Source: Yuukianura sp. NJ FZ-2021
Taxonomy: Eukaryota
Direction of reading: 5' to 3'
Assembly (NCBI GenBank): GCA_046563655.1
Contig: CM102287.1
Span: forward strand, 9,238,001 to 9,302,000
DNA: 64,000 nucleotides
The notes under the pieces were generated by a model. That model did no database searches and was not told the origin of the DNA. It saw only the letters and a list, made by a program, of their open reading frames with translations. The translations under genes and the position numbers were made by a program. This document shows, one piece after another, positions 25,201-36,160 of this stretch. The stretch's first letter is position 1, and each line of letters begins with the position of its first letter.

Positions 25201-26964
25201 ATTGTTAGGCTAATTACGATCATTTTAGGTTAGTTAGGCTTAGATTAGGTTCGTACTCTTAGCTAGAAATTGACATTTCCGGAACTTATGGCATGGGTTT
25301 AGAATTGAATCGTCCGTACTTAGGCTAGGTTAGGGAAGCTGTCAGGGTCAAAGGGTCTCTAGGACTTAAACACTGAAACTAATAATAAGGCTCCCAAAAA
25401 CCCTTCACTCAAATGATTGAAACTGTCTCCTGCCTGTCACTAATTGAGACATTTCAACTAAAAGTTGATTCCACTTGACATTGACATTTGACCTCGCATG
25501 CACATGCCAGTCGGCATCGCATCATAGAGTATTCGCAATTTTTAAAAGCGCGCGAAAATGCTACCGGAGACGATTCTGGTGCGTCATAGCAGCTTGAACT
25601 TTCATTGGAATCCGAATTGTGGAAGACTTAAGGGGAGGGTACTTGAGTCCTCCTGAAATAAACCTACCAATTCTTGTCTTTGCAACGACTGTAAAGGGGC
25701 GGGACTTCAGAAAAAATTGTCTGAACAGGTGAAGATTTGAAATTTGAAAATCTTTTTGAACACGTTTTTAGTATTTTATGAAAGTTCTATTCAAGTAATT
25801 ATTTTCATCAATTCATTTATATTTTATTATACTCTACTTTACTAATGCGGTAGTTTGTTAATGTACTATTTGGTGTAAAAATTTTAAATTTTGGGATGAT
25901 CGACTCTTTGACCGTTGCACTTTGCCAACTTTGCGTTTTGTTGTGCAAGTAGCTTGTGGCGGAGGGACTCTATTGAAGGGCCCCTCCTAAGGCTTCCGCC
26001 AAACACCAGGCCCTTAAGTCCTTGGCTCAAAGCACAGTCCGGAATTTCGGGGATGAAGCCAAAGATCTTTGAAATGTCCCGGGTTTTATTTGTTCTGCAT
26101 TGCGTTACTCGGCAGCTGCTTCCCCCTTCCAATCACTGCCTCTTCCCCGCCCCCTCTGCCCATTCTTCCCAGCATTCAATTGAACCGGGGGTGGGGAGGG
26201 CCCTTAGCTCGCGCGACCAGCATCGACCTGGCGCGAGCCCTGGGCCCTCAAGGGCCACTTCCACTCGCGTCTCCCTCGCAACGTCCATTGTCACACTCAA
26301 AATGCTCATGGAATAAAGTGTCGTCCTTCAGAACATGATTTCTGCCTATGCATTCGATCCACTCTGTACAAATCCACAACATGAAAAGTCAAAGGTCCAG
26401 CTGCTGCAGCATCCCAACCAAAAATACTGCCAGCATCTATTGACTGATCTTGAAATTCTAGATACCTGCAAAATCTTAACAAGTCAGACTATCCAACACT
26501 TCTAAAAATTCTATGCGGCTACGAATTCCGAAATTTCAATGTAGGATTCTGGTACATCCAAAAGTTGGAGAAGATGTGAATTTTTATCATAATTGACTGA
26601 CTAATTTAGAAATCAGCTTTCAGCCCTTTTAAGTCCCACTTCTTTGTCTGAATCTTTTTTAAAAAAGTTTAGAAGATATGCCCGGACTCATGTGATTGGT
26701 TAGTTCAGGTTGAATTTCAAAAAAAAAATTAAATTGGGTGTCCACCTATTTCAGCTGGTGACACCTTGAAGGAGTAGGTAGCTGCTAGTACAACTCACAA
26801 AAAAGGTTTGTTTACATTTTTGACATTTACTTTGTGTTTGTGTTGCTCATTCGACTTAATGTCAACGAGATCGAAATTTTAATTTGTTAATTAATTGTAT
26901 AGTTAATTACTAATTCGAATTAGCAATTATTCCAGGTGTCGCAGCGTTCCTAGGGGATAACACC

Positions 26965-29228
26965 ATGGGATTCAATCCTGCCGAGCGATATCAATCTCGA
27001 ACCGACGTTGCTTATCGGACTGCTGTTTCCAGGCTACGAAGTCTATTGGTTCCAAGGTCACTCGAAACTGTCGAAGATCACACCAAGAAGGTCAGAAGCG
27101 GTTTGCCAAGTACCGGTTTGTATGAATCTCCTCGTTACTACACTCCGACTGCCCATGAAGCGGAACTATTTAATGCAAATCTTGAGAGAGAGTCTGACAA
27201 TTCAGAGTTGTTGGAGTTTATTGACAAGCAGGCCCGAGTCATAAATCAATTAGAAACGGATATTGGTAACAGTCGAACAGACTTGGGGCAAGTGCTGGAG
27301 AAAGTAGAGGAAGTACTGGCAGAGAATGAAGTTCTTCATGAACGGCTCAAGGAACCTGAGATTAAGGAAAGTCCAGAAGATCCCAAGGTCAGGAAGTTGG
27401 AACTGCGATGTGGCGAATTGGAATCAGAACTGTTAAAATCTAGACAAAATCTGCGTAAGGCTCAAGAGGAAATACTAGATTTACGGACTCAACTCTCGGG
27501 TCAAGCTCGTTCAACATTTGTCAAGCACACGACATGTGAAATTCATTTGGCTGAAATTGAAGCCATTACAAGGTAATAACTTAGAACTACGATTATCATT
27601 TAGTTTCACTTACTAACTGTTAACTGTAACTTACGTTTTTGGTTTAGGGAGCGGAATGACTTGTTACAAAAAACTGCTAGTTTAGAACAAGCGATTGCGG
27701 AACTGAAAGGAAGAGAAACTGTGGCCGCCGATAAAGTGAAATCCAGCCTGGACATTGTTGATCAACTTACACTAGACAGGAACACGGTAAAGATTCAGTT
27801 GATTTTTAGCTAGTTTATCAAAATATGTTGATGATTTTGATTTTTCAGATAGCATCACAGCTAAAGCAAAAACAGGAAGAAATTGTTCAGTTGCAGCAAC
27901 GTCTTCATCAACTGACTGCAGAGAATGCACTGAATCGTAACCAAAGTAAAGCAGAAACTGAGAAGTTCTATACTGAAGAAATTGATCGATTGAAGACTGA
28001 ATTAAATCAAGAAGTTGAGTTTGGGGCTCAAGCAACCAGTAATTTGGAATCCGAAAAGCGACGAGGCAGGGAACTACGAAATCAATTGGAGGATCAACTC
28101 AAAATTCACGCAGAATTTAGACAAGACATGCAAATGCGAATTGGTAAGTTTGTTATGAAAAATTCGAAATTGGAAATATGTCTTTATGCTTCGTTTGATT
28201 CTTAGAAACTCTAGAAGCTCAGCTTTCTCAAACATTTCAAAAGAAGACCAAAGCGGAAGATGATCTTATGAACATGAGACTGGAAGTTGAAAAAATTCAG
28301 CTTGAGGGCCATCAAGAAATGGCACGCATGTCTGTAAGTGTAATTTCTGAATTTGAGATTTGGAAATTTCGTTATTTTCAAAATTTTGAATTCATCTTTC
28401 GTTTCTGTTACTTTAGACCGAGTTGACACTTATCCGGAATCAACTGATAGAAAGGAATTCCGATCTGAAGAAATGTGACACGGTCGTTTTGGCACTAAAT
28501 GAAAAAATTACAGAAATGGAAAACGCAAAAATTTTGGACAGCAAAGCTCGAGAGGCTAAGCAAGCCAAGGAAAATGAACAACTAATCAAGTCTACTGCAG
28601 AAGCTGTTCAACAAAAATATTGTAAAATAATCTTTTTGAAGTCAAACGTTTTTTTAAAGTTGTTTGATTTTTGAAATTCAATTCCAGCTCAAGAACGCCG
28701 TGAATTTGAAGCTGTGATTGAGAAGCAGAATTGCTTAATGGACAAGTTGAGAACGGAGTGCCACACTTTGGCAAAGAAACTGGAAGAAATGGCAGCACTT
28801 TACAAGTACATTTTCAAAATTTTCAATCCTACATGTTTTCTGTTTTTTGAAAATTTTTGTCAGTGTGTTTTTTCTTCGTTTTAGGAAAAACAAATTTGAT
28901 TTGGAAACGGAGAAGACCCGATTAGTACAAATGTACAATGCAACTTTGAAAAAATGTACAGATTTAGAGCAGAAGGTGCAATACTATTCGGCTGGACAAG
29001 ATCAAATGCTAAATCGAGTTCACTTTATGGAGGAAGAGGAAAAGTCACATACCCAAAAGGTTTTCAAAATTTCAAAATTCTACTTTCATATTTGATTTCC
29101 AAAATGCTTTTTTCCAGATTGTGACGCTACTTACTAAACAAAGTTTGATTCAAAAGGAACGCGAGCGACTGGAAAGTGAAGTGACATTGTTACGATCACA
29201 ACTCAACGCACGGCCAGATAAGCTTTGA
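26965..29228 (+). CDS. SDCCAG8: centrosomal coiled-coil protein, SDCCAG8 (CCCAP) homolog, multi-exon
   Basis: Coiled-coil exons joined by short introns. Segments recalled as SDCCAG8-like: FIDKQARVINQLETD...EVLAENE, MDKLRTECHTLAKKLEE, and C-terminal LLTKQSLIQKERERLESEVTLLRSQL; stop TGA 29226-29228. Confidence 0.8.
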
Positions 29229-29720
29229 GTAATTTTCAATTCGTACAGTATTCCAACCTTTTTGTTCAACAATCAACAGAATTCAATTTTCAACTTCTAC
29301 TGTACAAGCTTAAGTTGCAAAGTTGATTTGGTCAATTTGAAACTGGACTTTTCGACTCGTCTGAGAGTGAGACAGAGGCAGGAACTTCATTGACCTTGAG
29401 TCAAGAATTGTATTTTTTCTGTACTTTTTGTCAGTTCAAATTCTGTATAACTTGAACTTGGATTTAGAGTCTTTAGTTTTAAGGTGAAACTAGTTTTCAA
29501 ATGCAGTTTAACGAGAACCTACCACGTTTACATCTTGCCTTGTATTAATTGTTTACCTCATTAGCTAACTGTTCAAAATTAAGCTTGCCTGCTAAAATTG
29601 CTCAAACTTTGTACAACTTCTGCTACTTATATCTTAACGATAAGTTGTAACCTTCGTCTCCGTCCAGATTGAAACTTTTTCAGTCAAAAGTTCTTAAACA
29701 CGAGTTCAAGTTTTGTACAA

Positions 29721-30917
29721 ATGGAATTCAAAATCCCTGTTCCGTGGGGTCATATTGCAGGTCAGAAATTGTAATTTTCAAATTTTAAATTTTCGTCGCA
29801 TTGAAAATGTTGAAATGAATGTTATTTATTAATTTGAAATTGTGAATTACAGGAAGATCTTATGGAAGTTGGAGTGGAACACCAGTATTAGGAATTCACA
29901 GTTGGCAAGATAACTGTGCCTCGTTCGAGGTCATTGGACCCCTTCTGTCAAAAGAAATCTTTTTTGTGGTCATTGACCTCCCAGGTCACGGCCAAAGTTC
30001 ACACTTTCCTCCTGGAATTGCTTACCATCGAGTGGTAAGAACACACACAAATCTAACTTCCAGAATTTTGAAACTTTACACAATGTCGCTGATAATATTA
30101 TAACACCTTGGTCGCTGATGAGTTTTTGAATTCCAGGATTTTCCAGGAATTATAAAGCGCGTGGCGGATCATCAACGATGGAAAAAATTTACGCTTTTGG
30201 GACACGGAGTTGGAGCGGAACTGGCCATTTTGTTTACTTCAGCCTTCACAAATATGGTACAAAAATTATGACAATTCAAGTTATAATTTTGTAATCTTTT
30301 CGTTTTTTCTTCTAAATTAGGTTAATCGTCTGATTCTCATTGATGCTATCAAACCCTACTCGTGCTCGTTTGTCAATGGAGCTAAAGAACTTGGAGCAGC
30401 GATTGACGAACAAGTGAACTTTGACCTCAAATATCAACAAAACCAAGATCATCCGCCAGCATTCTTAGAGGAAGAGGAAATACAGAGTGTGATTCAACGT
30501 TCAAATGGAGAATTGACGCATGATAAAGCAAAGTTGATTGTTGTAAGTTTCTCAAATCCAAAAAATTATACCAAGATTTTCAAAAAGTTTTTTCATTAGA
30601 ACCGAGATGTGGTGCTCAAAAATGGAGAAAAGCTGAAGGCGCAGGATTTGCGTCTGGCTGTTCCAGATTCAATTCGTTTCAGTCACGACCAAGTGATGAA
30701 TCTGCTGGACAAGGTCAAAGGTCTCCAAGTTCTTTTTATCAAAACAAAAGAAACGCCGTTGAAGGAAGAAGATGGACTGACAAAGATTGCATTTGAGAAA
30801 TTCCGACGTCTCTGTTCGAAGTTTAAAGAAGTTGAGGTTGACGGAGGTCACTATGCTCATTTGTCTAACCCTGACAAGGTCGTTGACATTGTTGAAGACT
30901 TCCTTCTGGACAACTAA
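29721..30917 (+). CDS. kraken/SERHL-like alpha/beta hydrolase with nucleophile Ser replaced by Gly
   Basis: MEFKIPVPWGHIAG start; LGIHSWQDNCASF; IDLPGHGQSSH; elbow reads LLGHGVG (30200-30214); C-terminal VDGGHYAHLSNP. Five exons. Confidence 0.85.
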
Positions 30918-31867
30918 AACACATCAAGATCTTTCATGTTATCAAACTTGAACTTTTTTGAAAACGTTTTTCAAACGACAAAAGTAATTAAGTGTGAAAA
31001 ATCAATTTTGAACTTTTGTAATTTTTTGGTTTTTAAGGGTTCCAAGGTCAAGGGAATAAATGGAACTCAATTTCAAGTTTTTTTGAGAAATTGAAATTCA
31101 GTTTCGGCTTTTACATCGCGAGGCACTTGTCACTCCATAAATTTATCCTTTTTATTCATTTAATAGTTTTTGGCATGCTGAAACAATTCATGGCCTGTTG
31201 CTGTCATCGGATGACATAAATCTGTCGTAGCGTTAAGTAATCTTGGCACAGAACAATAGGGTTTGTAAGCTACGTAAGAAGGATTCGCATTGGTGGATAG
31301 CACAAACCATCCATTTTTAGCAGAGAAGGCATTTTAGTTTAGTGGATTTTTCAATTGGAAATAACTAAAATGGTTGAATTTAATTACTTTTGTTAAATTA
31401 ATCTTCTTTTTAGTCGAAACCCGCGTATGGGTGGTGGGTGAGCGGAATTGAGGCACCCTGAAACAGCTGATTGGAGGGGTTGCGGCTGCGGCAGAGACAA
31501 ATTGGACCTGTCTTTTATGTCCTCTGTTTACGAGGTCAATCATCAATTAATTGTGGCCACTTAACCACCGACCAGCGACAAGTAATTGGCTCCTCCTAGG
31601 ATATCCTTTCTCTTCAATTAAACAATTGAATCGCAGATCGCAGCAATTCACATCTGCAAGCTGCAATTTCCACCGTACGCTCTGGCATCTTCATCCTCCG
31701 AAAGGTCAATCTTCGTCTCCCTCTCCGCTGCATCAATTTGAAAGAGGTGAGGATAAAGTTAAGTTTACAATTCTAATTAACTCTAGCCTTATTCTGTTCA
31801 GTGTGAATCTAAATTAAATGGAAACTTTCATTCTGTTTTTAATTTCTAGGTTCAACGAAACAGAATT

Positions 31868-34574
31868 ATGATGGCAGCGACATCAACAGTACCTGATTCC
31901 TTTGACGACCAAAATGTAAGGAAACCCAGACATAAGGATTGATACGATGAGTGAACTGTTTTGGTTTGGCTGGCTGATTGTTAATTAGTTTCTGTTTTAA
32001 TTACTTCCAGGGTCTGGAACCGGATCCAAATGCAATAACCATTATCCACTACAATGATGTTTATGATGTTGAGCCGCAGAACAAGGAGCCGGTGGGTGGG
32101 GCTGCACGATTTTGCAGTGCAATCAAAAGTTTTGCACATTTGAACCCACTTGTTCTGTTTTCTGGAGACTGTTTCAGTCCGAGCCTCCGTAAGTTTCTAC
32201 AAGAATAAATTAAAAAGTGCAGTTTTGTTCGGAAGTACTTACAATTCTGGAATCGGAATGTAATTTTCAATTTCAGTGAGCACAATCACAAAAGGAGAAC
32301 AAATGGTACCAGTGCTCAATGCTGTTGGAACTGCTGTTGCTTGTTACGGAAACCACGAATTTGGTAAAGTTCACTTTGATTTCACATGTAATCGTTGTAC
32401 CAAGATTCGTCCGATTTCTACCTATAGTGTTGTTTACGGATTAGATTTCGGGTTGGACATCCTCGCCGATCTCGTGAAGAAAACGAATTTTCCTTGGTTG
32501 ATGTCAAATGTCATTGACAACGAAACTGACTTGCCATTGGGTGATGGTAAAGTGACTCACACTTTGGAAGCAAATGGAAAGAAAATCGGACTCGTAAGTT
32601 TTTTAAATTAGTGCAAAATTTCAAAATGGAAAACGTAAATCATGTTTTCGTGATCGTTTTCAGATGGGCCTAGTAGAAATAGAATGGTTGGAGACTTTGT
32701 CAACAATTGACCCTGATGCAGTGACGTTTCGAGATTTCGTGGAAGTTGGAAATGAACTGGCCATTGAACTCCGAAAGGAGGTTGGATATTCTTATTCATC
32801 GATTTGATAAACTTTATTGTTAACGTTTTTATTTTTTAAGGGATGTGATATCGTAATTGCTCTAACGCACATGCGTCAACCAAATGATCAAATCCTGGCC
32901 GAAAACGCTGTCGGAATTGACCTGATCCTTGGAGGTCACGATCACGTCTATTCACTACACACCATCAACGATATTATCGTTCTCAAAAGTGGAACTGACT
33001 TTCGAGATTTTTCAGTCATTACGACCACGTTTCCAGCAGGTCAAAGGCCTAAATTCGACGTACAAAGGATTTCAGTCACATCGGACTACACTGAAGATCC
33101 AGAACTCAAAGCAGAATTGGCTCAGTACTCATGTAATCAAACTCACAATTTCTCATCTTCAATTGATTTGTGATTTTTCATACTTTTGTGGTTTAGCCCT
33201 GATGTCATCAAGGATGGCAGACGTTCTTGGAGAGTTTCACTGTGACCTGGACGGTCGCTTTGCTTCTGTCCGTACAAGTGAAACTAACTTGGGAAACTTC
33301 GTATGTGACATCATGTTGGCCTCAATGGATGCTGATTGTGCTATTCTCAACTCTGGAACACTTCGGTCTGACACTGTTCATCACGCTGGGCCGTTCACGC
33401 GCCGTGATTTGCTCACCGTGCTGCCTATGATGGACGCTCTGATTGTACTAAATGTTACCGGTAATAACTCAAAAAATGTCAAAGGAGGAAAAACGTTTTC
33501 AAACGTTTCAAATTCTCAGATTTCAAACCTATTTTTTTCTGACAGGCCAGCAACTTGTGGGTGCCTTAGAAAATGGTGTTTCGCAGTATCCGAAACTGGA
33601 AGGTCGTTTTCCGCAAGTCGCTGGACTACGATTTGCGTTCAATCCGAAGCACCAGCCTGGAAATCGAGTGGATCCTAGATTTGTTATGGTTGGTGACGAG
33701 TATCTCCAACTCAACAACAAGTATCGACTGGTCACAAAAGCTTACATTGCTACCGGTAAGACTTAATTTCCATTGTTTCAAAAATGATGATTCATGAATT
33801 CTAAGTTAGTCTCAACTCTTGTTGGTTTGATTCAGGACATGATGGATATACTAGTCTTTGCGGTGGAGAAGTTTTGGTAAACTTTTTGAAAATTAAAAAC
33901 GGAATTTTGGAAACTTTTTTGTATGCAGGTTTATGCTGGATTTTAGGCCGATGAAGAAGCATGTCTCGAGCTGTCCATTGCAGTTCAAAATCATTTTCAT
34001 GCCATTCAGCTCGTGACTGGACACAGTGATCGGCGGAACTCACGACATCATCAGTCACTCGTCACACTTTCTCGTCGTCACAGTCTCATACGGTCCATGA
34101 GTCATATGGGAGTGCATGACATTTCGTTGTCACCCGGAAGTCACTCTACACATCCCCACACACTTGAACATGGCATGTCACTTGCACCGCGTCCGAGTTT
34201 GTCACGTCAAGGAAACGTCGTGGAGTCAATTGAGCGGAAAACGTGCAAATTGGAACCAAAAGTGGAAGGCCGAATTATCCTCATTTCAGACAAAGAGGTA
34301 TGAAAACAAGAAGGAAATTTCAAAATTCTGAAACAAATTTAGTTAGATAAAAATTTATTTAATTAAAAATTTTTTTCCACAACAGGTTCTGCAGAATTTG
34401 ATTGAACAACGAAATGCTTGGGAGATGAATCGCACAATTGCTGAAGAAGATGAGAGTCCAACTTCACCGGCAGGTAACAATAGTGTGACGCGAATCGCTG
34501 GAAAGTCAGCGTCGAATGAGCCAGACGACGCTGAACTGATTACGCTTCATCCGGTTGGGTTGAAACAAAACTAA
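31868..34574 (+). CDS. 5'-nucleotidase/apyrase-family metallophosphoesterase without signal peptide, multi-exon
   Basis: Motifs HYNDVY, SGDCFSPS, GNHEFDFG, IALTHMR, LILGGHDH, VRTSETNLGN, NSGTLR, GRFPQVAG. Start ATG 31868 is tentative. Possible alternative last exon 34946-35076. Confidence 0.9.
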
Positions 34575-35121
34575 CACAAAATTATTAGTAAACTTAACGT
34601 CTTAGTATTATACGTAACTCATCTAACTCGTTAGTCTCAAAACAGTCTCACATTTAACAATGAATCCAAAGTCTCAAAGTATTATTTGTGTTAACCAAAG
34701 TGCCCTTACGTTACCTCTCAACAATTAACAGTTTGTTTAGTTTTTGAGTTTAGGCTTGTTTTAGAATTTAGTACAAATGGTTTAGTATTTTGAAACGCAC
34801 ATTCCTCAGTTATGGCTTTAACATTTTGTTGAATAATTTTGACATGGTGCAAAATAAAACCATGGTTGAAATTTTTTGGAAGTTGGACTAACTCCTTATA
34901 AAAATTGAAAATTTCAAATAAAATTTCGATTCAACTTTTTCTTAGAAAAAATTCTGACTCGATTGCAATCTCTGCACGACGAAGCCGTGAAACAACAGAA
35001 TGCTGGGCTGGAAAGTATCGCGGACGAAGATGCTTCTGAAGTTCGGAGTAATAAATTCAACTTTGAAATAAACTAAAACAGTGTCACATGTAGTCCTCTG
35101 TTTGGTGTTAGTGTAGGGTAG

Positions 35122-35141
35122 AGGTCAATGACCTTTGACCT
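35122..35141. promoter_or_regulatory. perfect IR1 nuclear-receptor element (EcR/USP-type) overlapping a DR1
   Basis: AGGTCA-A-TGACCT-T-TGACCT, ~450 bp upstream of the first pacifastin-like gene. Function not shown. Confidence 0.4.
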
Positions 35142-35589
35142 TTAACTAACTAAGTATTTGCTCAATCTTATGTGTCACTAGTACCTCAGAAAACAATTAG
35201 CGAAATCAACGACCTTGTGTTTTACGTCATAATTTAGGGACCCCTGTGGTAGTAAATAAAACTAGAGCAAAAAATTTCAGTGTAAATTGAAAATAATGTT
35301 GAAAATTTCAAAAATTTGCTTTAAGAAAAATACTTTTTTAATTAAAAAATTGCAAAATTCTTACAATTTAGAATGTGTACGCAACGCAAACGTCAAATCC
35401 TGCTTACGAAATTGCAAAAAGCGTCACGCTATTGTTTTTGGATGGTTTCATTATAATCTGTATTTAATTATGATTCGAATTAACGCCTCAATGTCAGCGC
35501 CATTTTTGAAGCCTTCTACAAAAGAGCTAAATTTTCCCTCCCTGCTAAATTTTTGGTCTTCCAAGTTTGCAATTTGAACATTTTTGAAA

Positions 35590-35952
35590 ATGGAGCTGAA
35601 GTTTCTGGTTGTGGCCACTACCGTATGTGTTGCAGTGTTCTACACTGCGCTGGCGCTTGAAAGCTACGAACAAAATGGCCCATTGGTAGGAAAACACAGA
35701 AGTACACGGGAGGCGGACGGTAATTAAAGCACAAGTGAATGCGTTGATTTCCAACTTCTTTTTCTGAACACACAAATTTAAAATATGTTCAAATTTTGGT
35801 ATTAAGATTTTTGATTTGTCATTTTACTATCAGGCTGTTGCTCGAATGGAGTCAAGTACAACCTCGGACAGAAATTCAAGATCGACTGTAACGACTGCAC
35901 ATGCCTTACGACGGGCATTTCATGTACGAAACGAGTTTGTGCAACAGAATAA
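35590..35952 (+). CDS. pacifastin-like 6-Cys secreted peptide 1 (exons 35590-35719, 35834-35952)
   Basis: Signal peptide MELKFLVVATTVCVAVFYTALA, RSTR site, GCCSNGVKYNLGQKFKIDCNDCTCLTTGISCTKRVCATE*; fits C..CNxCxC..G..CTxxxC. Confidence 0.75.
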
Positions 35953-36160
35953 GCCCCGCAGGGCCTCTAACACCACTGAAGTAGCACCTAACACAAGCTA
36001 AAAAGTTTTTGAAATAAAGATTTCGAAGAAAATTTTGAAATTTTTACAACCTGTAATCTAACCAACATGGTGTAAACTCGAAACGTTTTAGTACGCGTGC
36101 CTGTTTATAGAGTGTATAGACTAATTGTGAAATTACTTTGAAGAAAACTAAAATGAATTA

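Larger units (their letters stand above)
2400..26900. promoter_or_regulatory. ~25-kb gene desert, probable cis-regulatory landscape of the Snail-family gene
   Basis: No recognisable protein-coding exons, versus about one gene per 2 kb in the rest of the window. Dense CCCTTAAGGG-type motifs and CAGGTG boxes. Regulatory function is inferred. Confidence 0.6.

Noticed and set aside
25884..26338. GC-rich ORFs of 82-133 aa
   Set aside because: No domain or splice support; explained by a GC-rich, motif-dense patch at the desert edge.
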